Positions 9,038-18,573 of a stretch of 64,000 nucleotides of DNA are shown here, in pieces. Every line of letters begins with the position of its first letter. Position 1 is the stretch's first letter. The stretch is taken from NCBI GenBank assembly GCA_045803545.1, contig JBJMOW010000005.1, forward strand, positions 1,216,001 to 1,280,000, given 5' to 3'. Source of the DNA: Gemmatimonadaceae bacterium. Its GTDB lineage: Bacteria > Gemmatimonadota > Gemmatimonadetes > Gemmatimonadales > Gemmatimonadaceae. The notes beneath the pieces were generated by a model that worked only from the letters and a program-made list of their open reading frames with translations, ran no database searches and was not told where the DNA came from. Made by a program: the position numbers and the translations under genes.

Positions 9038-10066
9038 TTACGAGGTGGGCGTTTCAGCACCATTGGTGAGGATTCCGCTGAGGATGATGTCGCGGATGGT
9101 CTTGGCCCTCTCCGCCACTGTTTTCGCCTCCTCATTATATCGCTGAATTCCCGCCCGGTGTCCACTCCTTTCTGCCCTACGGACAAGCCGGCGCATCAGC
9201 GCGCCGCGCTCCTCAAGGGCGCGCAATGCAATCCAGAACGCAGTCTCGATTGCGTCTTGTTGTCTCGCCAGCATGCTGTCGAGGGCGAACGCGTGGCCGA
9301 CACGGCAGCGAAAGCGCAGAGTATCGGAGTCTGTCAATTCCCATAACGTCCCGCTGCAATCGGGGCAGACGAACGCGCTTACCAAACCCGGCTGGTCATC
9401 GCCATGGAGCTGGTCGAAATCAAGCTCGCTGATGGCAAGCTCTTTCTCTTCCTCTATTGTGTCGTCGCTATCCGCCATAACCATTTCCTCCTGATCGATC
9501 TCTTCGCCAGCCAGCTCCACAAGGCGGTCCGCGATTTTCCCCGCCGGCAGAATTTCGTCAGCGCAGCCGTTGCGAATTGCGCTGTCGACCATGCCGCGGT
9601 ATTGCGCCTCCTCGGGATCCTGAACGAGCGTCGTGCCGCCCCGCGCCTTGATTGTCTCCAGACCGGCAGTGCCGTCATCGAGGTTGCCTGACAGAACGAT
9701 TCCGACGACGCGCTGCCCGAATCTCAGTCCAGCAGAACGAAATAATGGATCCACAGCGGGCCGAACGCCGTGCTCGCGTGGACCTCGTACTAGATGCATC
9801 CGCTTTGTGCCAAGCATCAAGTGCGAACTCGGCGGTGCCACGTAGATACGTCCTTTCTCGATTCGGTCGCCATCCCGGGGGTGCGTTGCAGGCAGTTTCC
9901 CGTGGCGCGCGAGAATTTTTGGCAACACGCTGGTCGCGCCCTCGGGGATGTGCACGACGACAAAAATGCTGGCCGGGATTGTCGAAGGGAGTTTCGACAC
10001 CAACTCCGTTAACGCTTCAATTCCGCCAGCGGACGCGCCGATCACCACGATGTCTTTCTTCACCAT
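9038..10066 (-). CDS. cheB: Stand-alone CheB methylesterase (no receiver) with C-terminal CPDC..CRVGH extension
   Basis: IGASAGG (Ser), VVHI (His), RPAVDPLF, LSGNLDDG (Asp), VQDP. Confidence 0.9.
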   Translation of the reverse strand: MVKKDIVVIGASAGGIEALTELVSKLPSTIPASIFVVVHIPEGATSVLPKILARHGKLPATHPRDGDRIEKGRIYVAPPSSHLMLGTKRMHLVRGPREHGVRPAVDPLFRSAGLRFGQRVVGIVLSGNLDDGTAGLETIKARGGTTLVQDPEEAQYRGMVDSAIRNGCADEILPAGKIADRLVELAGEEIDQEEMVMADSDDTIEEEKELAISELDFDQLHGDDQPGLVSAFVCPDCSGTLWELTDSDTLRFRCRVGHAFALDSMLARQQDAIETAFWIALRALEERGALMRRLVRRAERSGHRAGIQRYNEEAKTVAERAKTIRDIILSGILTNGAETPTS

Positions 10067-10164
10067 TGCCGGTCCATGCCGGTCGCGTCGCTCTTCGGGC
10101 CAATGCGGCCCTGGAGTTGCGTATCAGTTGTTTGGAGAAGCGAATATAGAGGTTTGAGTCGCAA

Positions 10165-11625
10165 ATGACGGACCCAGGGCATCCAAGAAGTTCCGACCTG
10201 CGCGATTTTTCGCGGCAGGTGCGTGCCACGGTCAAGCGCCACGAGCGACGCGACGGTCACGCGCAATCTCCCCCCGACGAGCGCGAAGCCGAGCTGCTGA
10301 CTTTGATCGAGGAGCTGCGCGTCGCGGACGAGGAGCTGCGCGCCCAGAACGAAGAGTTGATTGGCAGCCGCCAGTTAATTGATCGCGAGCGCGCACGCTA
10401 TCGCGAACTGTTCGATTTCGCACCGGACGCTTACGTCGTGACTGATGTGAACGGCACTATCCGCGAAGCGAACGTCGCAGCCGGACGTCTGTTGTCCGTC
10501 GAGCCAAAATTCCTTGTCGGCAAGCCGATCCAGACCTTTTTCGAACAGGGATCACGCAGCCAGTACCAAAAGCAGCTCGATCAACTCTGTCACTCAGACC
10601 GAATTGATGATTGGGAGGTCTGGATCAATCCCCGAAAAGGATCCCGCACACCAGTCTCACTCTCGTTGAGCCGAACCCCGGCGCGCCAGGATAAAAAATC
10701 GGGATACCGCTGGATCCTGCGTGACATCACCCGTCAGAAAAACGCCGAGGATGCCCTGCGCGAGTTGAACCGCGACCTGGAGCTGCGTATTGCCTCGCGC
10801 ACAGCGCAGCTCGCCGCAGCGAATCTCAAGAAAGATCAGCTCATTTTTAGTGAGCGCAGAGCACGTGAGGAAGCGGAAATCGCAAACCGGGTCAAGTCGG
10901 ACTTCCTTGCGCTACTCAGTCACGAGTTTCGCACGCCCCTCCAGGCGATTTTTGGCTACACCGAATTGCTGCAGCGCGAGATCCACGGTCCGCTCACCCA
11001 GGCGCAGCAGCGCGACCTGAAGCGGATTCAGCAGAGTCAGCAACATCTACTCGGGCTGATCACGGCGATTCTGGATTTTGCACGCCTCGAGAGCGGTCAA
11101 GGCATTGAGGTGCAGTTGACCGCTGTCGCCGTACACGAAATTCTGTGCAACATGGAAGGATTCGTGGGGCCACAGTTGGAGAGCAAGAATCTCCGCTACG
11201 ACTATAAATGTGTCGACGACTCACTCGTTGCTCACGCTGATGCAGCGAAGGTCGAACAGATCGTGCTCAACATGTTGGCTAATGCCATCAAATTCACACC
11301 GGCCGGCGGCGCGATATCGCTCGAATGCGCGGGCACCAACGAGCGCGTTCACATCAAGGTGCGCGATACAGGCATTGGCATCCCGCCGGACAAGCTGGAA
11401 GCCATCTTCGAGCCTTTCGTCCAGATCCGCAGCCGAGACGCGACGCTGGGCGGCACCGGACTAGGCCTGCCGATCAGCCGGCGCCTGGCAACGGTTATGG
11501 GTGGCCAACTGCTCGCAGAGAGCATCCCCGGCGAAGGATCTACGTTCACGTTGATCCTTCCCGCTTTCTCGAAGTCCGCCCCGCCCGCGAACGCGAACGA
11601 TTCGCTGGCGACAAGCGGAACCTAA
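10165..11625 (+). CDS. Cytoplasmic PAS-domain sensor histidine kinase
   Basis: PAS (FDFAPDAYVVTD), H-box LSHEFRTPL, N-box NAIKFT, G-boxes DTGIGI and GTGLGL. Confidence 0.92.
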   Translation: MTDPGHPRSSDLRDFSRQVRATVKRHERRDGHAQSPPDEREAELLTLIEELRVADEELRAQNEELIGSRQLIDRERARYRELFDFAPDAYVVTDVNGTIREANVAAGRLLSVEPKFLVGKPIQTFFEQGSRSQYQKQLDQLCHSDRIDDWEVWINPRKGSRTPVSLSLSRTPARQDKKSGYRWILRDITRQKNAEDALRELNRDLELRIASRTAQLAAANLKKDQLIFSERRAREEAEIANRVKSDFLALLSHEFRTPLQAIFGYTELLQREIHGPLTQAQQRDLKRIQQSQQHLLGLITAILDFARLESGQGIEVQLTAVAVHEILCNMEGFVGPQLESKNLRYDYKCVDDSLVAHADAAKVEQIVLNMLANAIKFTPAGGAISLECAGTNERVHIKVRDTGIGIPPDKLEAIFEPFVQIRSRDATLGGTGLGLPISRRLATVMGGQLLAESIPGEGSTFTLILPAFSKSAPPANANDSLATSGT

Positions 11626-11662
11626 AGGGTCTATAGGCCCGCTTCTTTCGTTCCGTCTCGTT

Positions 11663-12514
11663 ATGCGAAAGCGGGCCGGCTATGGGAGTCTGCTGATCAT
11701 CGGCGGACATGAGGACAAGGAAGGCGACAAGATCATTCTGCGCGCCTTCGTCAAGAAAGTCGGCAAATCATCGAAGGTCGTCGTCGCGACTCTCGCCTCA
11801 ACAGAACCCCGGCAAATGTTCGATGACTACGAGACCGCGCTGCGCGGTCTTGGTATGAGGCACGTCCATCATCTCAGCATCGAGAGTCGTGAAGAGGCGA
11901 TGTCGGAGTCGAAGCTACGAGTACTCGGCGATGCCGATGCGGTCTATTTCACCGGCGGCGACCAGCTCAAAATCACCAGTCAGATCGGGGATACGCCGAT
12001 CTACAAGCGCATCTGCGCGATCTTCGACGCCGGTGGTCTGATTGCGGGTAGCTCCGCCGGCGCTTCGGTGATGAGCGATACGATGATGGTCAGCGGAGAC
12101 GGCGACTCGACATACAAGATCAAATCCCTGCTGCAGCTGGCGCCCGGATTGGGTTTGCTTCAGAACGTCATCGTCGACCAGCACTTCTCTGAGCGCGGTC
12201 GCATCGGTCGTCTGCTCGGCGCTGTCGCACAAAACCCGCGCATGCTCGGCATTGGCCTCGACGAAGACTGTGGCATTCTCGTGCATCGCGGCCGATTCCA
12301 GGTGCTCGGCTCAAACGCGGTACACGTTCTCGATGCCGGCAAAGTCACCTTCACCAATCTTACCGAAGCCGATCCCCAGACATCGCTCTGCATCTACGGT
12401 GTACGATTACACGTTCTGAATCAGTCTGACACCTTTGATTTGAAAGCCCGCCGTCCCCGCTATCACCCCGAGCACGAGATCAAGGACTGGCTGGGGCTGT
12501 CGCCGAAGAAATAG
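11663..12514 (+). CDS. cphB: Cyanophycinase (peptidase S51)
   Basis: IIGGHED, FTGGDQ, GSSAGA (Ser), DQHF (His), GLDED (Glu). Confidence 0.85.
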   Translation: MRKRAGYGSLLIIGGHEDKEGDKIILRAFVKKVGKSSKVVVATLASTEPRQMFDDYETALRGLGMRHVHHLSIESREEAMSESKLRVLGDADAVYFTGGDQLKITSQIGDTPIYKRICAIFDAGGLIAGSSAGASVMSDTMMVSGDGDSTYKIKSLLQLAPGLGLLQNVIVDQHFSERGRIGRLLGAVAQNPRMLGIGLDEDCGILVHRGRFQVLGSNAVHVLDAGKVTFTNLTEADPQTSLCIYGVRLHVLNQSDTFDLKARRPRYHPEHEIKDWLGLSPKK

Positions 12515-13055
12515 AAGGTGCTTTCACGCAACACTGTTCGAGCATCTCCGTTATCTCGCGCATCGTTGTGACCCCGCGATCGCGCGCGTAGAAGGTGCGG
12601 ATCTCCTTGTATCGAGCATCTTTCGGCAGCTGCATACCGCTGTCGACTACCCACTGCTGCAGCGCGCGGGGTCGCGGGCCCCACCAGCCGCATTCCTGGA
12701 ACTTTTCGTTGAGCAGGATCACGATTGGGATCGATCGCGACCTGCCGTTCGTCAAATGCGCATCCATGATGTCGAGATTCTGGTCGCGCGCGAGAATGCG
12801 CATGTCCATGTTGCTCACTGAATCGGCGAGTCTGGCGACGATCGGCACGATGTTCACCGCGTCACCGCACCAGTCTTCACTCAGAACGAGCAGGTGCCAG
12901 TGTCCCTGGAGGGCCTCGACCCGCGCCGAGTATTCAATTGGTATCATCACTCGTTGCGCCAGGGCGAGCCAAAGCTCGTGATTCACCGTCGGCCGGGCAA
13001 GAAAGTTGGAAAACGTTTCGCCGTCGTAGTACCGCGTTCTCGTAATTAGCGTCAT
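12480..13055 (-). CDS. Thioredoxin-fold protein (thioredoxin_9-like, single-Cys WCGDA)
   Basis: SEDWCGDA, RSIP cis-Pro motif, WGPRP. Confidence 0.85.
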   Translation of the reverse strand: MTLITRTRYYDGETFSNFLARPTVNHELWLALAQRVMIPIEYSARVEALQGHWHLLVLSEDWCGDAVNIVPIVARLADSVSNMDMRILARDQNLDIMDAHLTNGRSRSIPIVILLNEKFQECGWWGPRPRALQQWVVDSGMQLPKDARYKEIRTFYARDRGVTTMREITEMLEQCCVKAPSISSATAPASP

Positions 13056-13555
13056 CCGACCGTTCCCGCCGCCCGCTTCGCCCCTGCGGCCTCCCGCATC
13101 ATGTCGACGTGGATAATTCCGTCCTCCTCGTAAGGCTCCGAGATGCTCTCAAATCCAAAGCCGCGATAAAAGTTTTCGAGTCGACGCTGGGCAGCGATTT
13201 TGATGGGTTGGTTTGGCACCAGCTGCTCCGTTCTACGCAAGGCTTCTACCATCAGCTGCTTGCCCAGTCCGGTTCCGCGCACATCGGGTGCAGTCACGAT
13301 CCGACCGATCGACGCTTCGTGATACCGGATACCCGGCTCGAAGATTCTTGCGTAAGCCCCGAGTGACTTGCCGTCTGGTCCGTCGCGCCAGCCGAGCAAG
13401 TGCCAGGCGAGCGGATCGCGTCCATCGGAGTCCGGATAGGGACAGTTCTGCTCGATGATGAAGACTGCTTCGCGCAATCGGACAATTGCGTAAAGGTCGT
13501 CGACTGTGAGATCGCGAAAACGAGCGAGCTGCCAGGATGCGCTTGTGTTGCTCAA
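13052..13555 (-). CDS. elaA: ElaA-like GNAT acetyltransferase
   Basis: LREAVFIIEQNCPY, IGRIVT, RGTGLG, FYRGFGF, YEEDGIIH. Confidence 0.85.
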   Translation of the reverse strand: MSNTSASWQLARFRDLTVDDLYAIVRLREAVFIIEQNCPYPDSDGRDPLAWHLLGWRDGPDGKSLGAYARIFEPGIRYHEASIGRIVTAPDVRGTGLGKQLMVEALRRTEQLVPNQPIKIAAQRRLENFYRGFGFESISEPYEEDGIIHVDMMREAAGAKRAAGTVG

Positions 13556-13607
13556 TTCCGGCCTCTATTCTGCGCAGTCGACTCCGTCCTCATCAGGATA
13601 AACTTAA

Positions 13608-15020
13608 ATGACCGCCAAGTCGCTGCGTAAACTCGCGCTTCTCTTCTGCGCTTCGTTTCCCTCGCTGTTGCTCGCGCAGCAGCCAACGACATTGGCAGCT
13701 GGCGATGTCACAATTGGATTGAAACGCGACCCCGCACTGGCGGCCACCATCGCCGACATTTCGTCCGCGCAGATTCGGGCGACCGACTCCGCGCTGGTGT
13801 CGTTCGGTACCAGGCACGCCATGAGCGACACGGTCAGCAGCACTCGCGGCATTGGCGCCGCTCGGCGTTATCTGTTCGCCAAGCTCAATGGCTACAGTCA
13901 GGCCTGTGGCGGCTGCCTGCGCGTCGAATACGACCCAGCACTGATGGAGATGCGCGGTCACCCGGACAGACCGACCGTGAACATCGTCAATGTCGTGGCG
14001 TGGCTGCCGGGCGCTGACACCAGCCGCGTCGTCGTCATGGGTGGACACTACGATTCCTGCGGCTGTGCGCGGACCGATGTGGGTCCACTCGCCAGGTTCG
14101 AGGCGACTCAGGACGCACCTGGCGCTGACGATGATGGCTCCGGTACCTCCGCCATCGTCGAGCTGGCGCGCGTTTTCTCGAAGCATTTCCCGCGCGGACT
14201 GCAGTCGTCGATCATCTTCGTCGCCTACTCCGGCGAGGAGGAGGGACTTTACGGGTCCACCCATCTCGCGCAGCGATTGCACGCGGCGGGATACAGAGTG
14301 GTATCCGCGTTCACCGACGACATCGTCGGCAACGTAGTTGCCGAAGATGGCAGTGTCGATTCAACCAGTGTCCGGATCTTCGGCGCCGAGCCGGACAATG
14401 GGCCGAGCAGAGAGCTGGCGCGGTATGCGTGGGCAACCGGGACGATCTACAATCCACGGTTCAGGGTGCTGCCGGTGTTCCGACTCGATCGAATCTCGCG
14501 CGGTGGCGACCACAGCCCGTACGTCAGCCTTGGCGACCCGGGTCTGCGTTTTACGGAGCGGCTGGAGAACTACAAGCGTCAGCATCTGCCGACGGACGAT
14601 TTCGCTCACGTCAATTTCAGCTACGTCGCCAATGTCGCCCGCAACAATGCGTCGGTCATCGGATCGCTGGCGAACGCACCCGCGCCGCCGTTGGCGCTGG
14701 CGGTACGCGATCGCGAATCAGGGGGCGCGAAATGGAGATTGACCTGGAGCGCGGTGCCGACGGCGACCTCTTATGAAGTTTTGTTCCGGCGCACGACATC
14801 GCCGACTTACGAGAAGATCTATCCGGTGGCGACCGGGACAACGTTCCTTCTCCCCGATCAGCTGGATGATGGGTGGGCGGCCGTCAGGTCGGTCGGGGCA
14901 AGCGGACACCGCTCGCTGACAGCGGCCGTCCCACCGCCCTGTCCCGTGCTAACCACCCACGCCGACTCCGTCTCCGCTGGCGACATCATCAGGAACTGCA
15001 TCCGGGCGCCGGGCAGGTAA
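13608..15020 (+). CDS. Secreted M28-family metallopeptidase with C-terminal FN3-like region
   Basis: Signal peptide; GHYDS, GADDDGSG, GEEEGL, DIVG, GGDH motifs. Confidence 0.88.
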   Translation: MTAKSLRKLALLFCASFPSLLLAQQPTTLAAGDVTIGLKRDPALAATIADISSAQIRATDSALVSFGTRHAMSDTVSSTRGIGAARRYLFAKLNGYSQACGGCLRVEYDPALMEMRGHPDRPTVNIVNVVAWLPGADTSRVVVMGGHYDSCGCARTDVGPLARFEATQDAPGADDDGSGTSAIVELARVFSKHFPRGLQSSIIFVAYSGEEEGLYGSTHLAQRLHAAGYRVVSAFTDDIVGNVVAEDGSVDSTSVRIFGAEPDNGPSRELARYAWATGTIYNPRFRVLPVFRLDRISRGGDHSPYVSLGDPGLRFTERLENYKRQHLPTDDFAHVNFSYVANVARNNASVIGSLANAPAPPLALAVRDRESGGAKWRLTWSAVPTATSYEVLFRRTTSPTYEKIYPVATGTTFLLPDQLDDGWAAVRSVGASGHRSLTAAVPPPCPVLTTHADSVSAGDIIRNCIRAPGR

Positions 15021-15035
15021 GACCGAGGACAGATG

Positions 15036-15204
15036 GACTGAGGGCCGACGACTAAGAGCATCTATGATTGCTGATTAGGTGAGGATCCAGGACAAGCCGA
15101 ACAGCAGGACTGCCGACCATCGGGGATCCTCGGTCCTGATTATCTCTGTCTTCGATCCTCACTTAATCAGCAATCAGCAATGCTCTTAGTCCTCGCCCTC
15201 GGTC
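15036..15204. repeat. Palindromic repeat element, family A, copy 1
   Basis: About 52-bp imperfect arms 15036-15087 / 15154-15204; left arm matches the reverse complement of 50391-50438 at 42/48 nt. Confidence 0.85.
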
Positions 15205-15293
15205 GACGGGTGTTAAGCCCCGCCAACAAAATCGTCCTAACTGAGGTGGGCCATCCCATCGTCCGGCCAAGCCAGTAACCTCGTCGATTTCGC

Positions 15294-16529
15294 ATGAAGT
15301 ACTCTGCCTCGAATATTCTCTTCGGCCTTGCCATGATCACCGCTTGCGCCCCACCGCCGCCGGCCAAAGTTGTCGCGCCGATTCCGGTGCAGCATCAATA
15401 CATCGCGCCCGAAGTCGGTCTCAATAACTCAGGACTCGACACGTCGCTGGCGCCGAAGCTCGACAAAATTGTAAAGACTTCGATCGAGGAAGCTGTCGCT
15501 CCCGGAGTCGCGATCGCAGTGGGCCGTAACGGCCACATCGCCTACATGAAAGGTTACGGCTACATCGATTGGAATCAGCCCGGCTCGCCGGCTGTCGACA
15601 CCAATACGCTCTACGATCTGGCGTCGCTCACCAAGGTGATCGCTACAACGACTCTGGCGATGATTCTCGAGGAGAACGGACAGCTCGATCTCAATCGCAC
15701 CGTCGTGTCATATCTGCCGGAGTTCAACTCACCTGAAAAAGCGCAGATCACTGTCAAGCAGCTGCTGACGCACAGCGGCGGACTCGAAGCGGGTGCGAAT
15801 ATTTATCAAACGGCGAAGGGACGCGATCAGTACCTCTCTCAGATCAACGCACGCCCGCTCGAGTACACTCCCGGGACCAACATGATCTACAGCGACTGGG
15901 ACATGATCCTGGTGCAGTTGGTCATGGAGCGCATCAGCGGGAAAACTCTGGACGTCCTCGCCACCGAGAAGATCTTCAAGCCACTCGGTATGGTCGACAC
16001 TCAGTTCAACCCACCTTTTTCGCTTCGTCCACGAATCGCACCGACTCAGGTCGACGACGCGCGCGGCGGCCTGCTGTGGGGCACGGTGCACGACGAGAAC
16101 TCGTACGCGCTGGGTGGTGTTGCGGGTCACGCCGGCCTTTTCTCGACAGCAAAGGATCTGGCGCTCTTCTCGATGATGATTCTGAACGGCGGCGAAGGTG
16201 TGAATGGCGTCCGCATAGTCAAACCCGCGACGATCGCCCGCTGGACGGCGCGTCAGGGCAGAGAATCCACTCGGGCGCTCGGCTGGGACTCGCCAGAAGG
16301 CGGCTCGAGCGCGGGCCAGTTCTTCTCGCCGTGGAGCTTCGGCCACACCGGCTTCACCGGAACCTCGATCTGGATCGACCCCGAGAAAGACCTGTTCGTG
16401 GTCGTGTTGACCAACCGCGTGAACCCATCTCGGAATAACACCCGCCACGTGCAGTTGCGTCGCGATGTCGCGGATGCCGTGCAGCAGGCCGTTTTGGGCG
16501 CGCGGATAGTTAACTGGGAAGCACGCTAG
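15294..16529 (+). CDS. Beta-lactamase-family serine hydrolase lipoprotein (AmiE/EstB-like)
   Basis: Lipobox ITAC; LASLTK (SxxK), LLTHSGG, YSD, FGHTG. Confidence 0.88.
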   Translation: MKYSASNILFGLAMITACAPPPPAKVVAPIPVQHQYIAPEVGLNNSGLDTSLAPKLDKIVKTSIEEAVAPGVAIAVGRNGHIAYMKGYGYIDWNQPGSPAVDTNTLYDLASLTKVIATTTLAMILEENGQLDLNRTVVSYLPEFNSPEKAQITVKQLLTHSGGLEAGANIYQTAKGRDQYLSQINARPLEYTPGTNMIYSDWDMILVQLVMERISGKTLDVLATEKIFKPLGMVDTQFNPPFSLRPRIAPTQVDDARGGLLWGTVHDENSYALGGVAGHAGLFSTAKDLALFSMMILNGGEGVNGVRIVKPATIARWTARQGRESTRALGWDSPEGGSSAGQFFSPWSFGHTGFTGTSIWIDPEKDLFVVVLTNRVNPSRNNTRHVQLRRDVADAVQQAVLGARIVNWEAR

Positions 16530-16605
16530 GACTGCGGACATAACTGCCAACTGCCTCGCTATTAGCTGATAGCAGCGAGGTAGTGCGCTTTTAAGTCCTC
16601 ACTCC
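16529..16605. repeat. Short palindromic element, family B (internally shortened)
   Basis: actgcctcgct / agcgaggtagt stem; 16548-16576 matches 32592-32620 at 24/29 nt; ends in ttaagtcctc like the 32.6-kb copy. Confidence 0.65.
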
Positions 16606-16641
16606 GCAGCACGGCCACTCCGAGTGATATAATTTTCTGGT

Positions 16642-18573
16642 ATGGCATCAACGAAGGAGCGCGTCCCCGTCATCATCGTCGAGTATGACGAGATCGCGAA
16701 GACCATCGCGCACCGCATCGCCGAGATCATAAAGGAACGCCGGCGCGAGGGTGGGCGTGCGGTGCTTGGACTGGCTACCGGCAGCACCCCAATCGGCATC
16801 TACCGCGAGCTGATCAGAATGCATCGCGAAGATGGGTTCGATTTCTCCGACGTCGTGACCTTCAATCTCGACGAGTATTACCCGATGAACCCGGACAGCA
16901 TCCACAGCTATCACCGGTTCATGCGGGAGAATCTGTTCAACCACATCAACATCAAGCCGCAAAACATCCACATCCCGCGCGGTGACGTGCCGCGCGACGA
17001 CGTTGAGGTGGAATGCGAGCGCTACGAAGCCGCAATCAAGAAAGCCGGCGGAATCGATCTGCAGATTCTCGGTATCGGTAAGACGGGTCACATCGGATTC
17101 AATGAGCCTGGCTCCGGCGCCGACTCACGCACGCGTCGCATCGCGCTCGATACGGTGACACGCCGCGACGCCGCCGCTGACTTTTTCGGCGAGGACAACG
17201 TCCCCACCGAAGCGCTCACCATGGGTGTGGCGTCGATCATGGATGCGCGTGAAATCGCGCTCATCGCCACCGGCGAGCACAAGGCGGCGATCATCAAGCG
17301 CGCGGTCGAGGGTGAGCCGGACCCCGACGTCGCCGCGACCTATTTGCAGGCGCATCCCCACGCGATCTTCTACGTCGATGTAGCCGCGGCCGCTGAGTTG
17401 ACGCGGGTCAAGACACCGTGGGTCCTCGGCGAAGTGAAATGGACGCGCGACAAGGAAATCGATGCCGTAATCTGGCTCAGCGAGATTACGGGCAAGTCTG
17501 TCCTCAAGCTCGATGAGACTGACTATCGGGAGCACCACCTCAGCCCGCTGCTGGCGAAGCACGGCAAGGCGGGACCGTTGAACGGCGAAGTCTTCAACGC
17601 ACTGATCGCCAAAATCCGCGGCCGCAGCAAGCTGCCGATGGGCAAGCGCATCATCGTCTTCTCGCCGCACCCCGACGACGATGTGATCTCGATGGGCGGC
17701 ATGCTCAACAAGCTGCACCAGAACCGCAACGACATCATCGTCGCGTACCAGACTTCGGGAAACATCGCCGTCTTCGACCACGAAGTTCGGCGATACGCGG
17801 ATTTCATTCGCCGCTTCGGCAACGATTTCGATATCAACGACAACGCGGCCGGAGCGCTTGTTGAGGAAGTGGAGAGTTTCCTCGATACCAAGAAAGTCGG
17901 CGAGACCGATGCTTTCCCGGTGCAAGTGATGAAACGGGCCATTCGCGAAGCTGAAGCCGTTTCCGGTATCGAGACTTTCGGCATGAGCCGCGAGCAGGCG
18001 CGTTTCCTCAACCTGCCGTTCTACCAGACAGGTAAGGTGCGCAAGGATCCGATCGGTCCCGAGGACGTGCGCATCGTTCTCGACCTTTTAGAGGAGCGGC
18101 AGCCGGAGCTGATCTTCGTCGCCGGCGATCTATCCGACCCGCACGGCACCCACCGGATGTGCCTGGAGGCGGTTCAGCAGGCGCTTATCCAGTACTCAGG
18201 CCAATCGCCCGAGATGTGGTACTACCGCGGCGCCTGGCAGGAATGGGAAATCAGTGAGGCAGACGTGCTGGTACCGCTATCGGAAGACGAGCTGCGCGCC
18301 AAGAAGATGGCGATCTTCAAGCACCAATCGCAGAAAGACCGCGCTCCCTTCCCTGGCCAGGACGATCGCGAGTTCTGGCAACGCGTAGAGGAACGGAATC
18401 GTGACACTGCTCACCGCGTGGACAGGCTTGGTCTGCCGGAGTATTTCGCGATGGAGGCATACGTCGTTCGTCGCGCCGGCGCACCGATCGAGCAGGAAAT
18501 GATCGCGACCAGCTCACTGGCTGAAAGAGACACGTCGCGCGTCAGAGCGACCACGGTCAAAGCAGGTCGCTGA
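16642..18573 (+). CDS. nagB: Glucosamine-6-phosphate deaminase fused to a PIG-L/LmbE deacetylase domain
   Basis: LGLATGSTP, FNLDEY, GHIGFNEPGS; C-terminal SPHPDDD, DPHGTH, HQSQ. Confidence 0.92.
   Translation: MASTKERVPVIIVEYDEIAKTIAHRIAEIIKERRREGGRAVLGLATGSTPIGIYRELIRMHREDGFDFSDVVTFNLDEYYPMNPDSIHSYHRFMRENLFNHINIKPQNIHIPRGDVPRDDVEVECERYEAAIKKAGGIDLQILGIGKTGHIGFNEPGSGADSRTRRIALDTVTRRDAAADFFGEDNVPTEALTMGVASIMDAREIALIATGEHKAAIIKRAVEGEPDPDVAATYLQAHPHAIFYVDVAAAAELTRVKTPWVLGEVKWTRDKEIDAVIWLSEITGKSVLKLDETDYREHHLSPLLAKHGKAGPLNGEVFNALIAKIRGRSKLPMGKRIIVFSPHPDDDVISMGGMLNKLHQNRNDIIVAYQTSGNIAVFDHEVRRYADFIRRFGNDFDINDNAAGALVEEVESFLDTKKVGETDAFPVQVMKRAIREAEAVSGIETFGMSREQARFLNLPFYQTGKVRKDPIGPEDVRIVLDLLEERQPELIFVAGDLSDPHGTHRMCLEAVQQALIQYSGQSPEMWYYRGAWQEWEISEADVLVPLSEDELRAKKMAIFKHQSQKDRAPFPGQDDREFWQRVEERNRDTAHRVDRLGLPEYFAMEAYVVRRAGAPIEQEMIATSSLAERDTSRVRATTVKAGR

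Noticed and set aside
15294..16529. Beta-lactamase resistance gene
   Set aside because: Motifs fit the broad serine hydrolase family (YSD, HTG), and the position next to nagB suggests amino-sugar or peptidoglycan recycling; resistance is unsupported.
16642..18573. NagB-deacetylase fusion as a novelty
   Set aside because: A known long-form NagB architecture, common in Bacteroidota and relatives.
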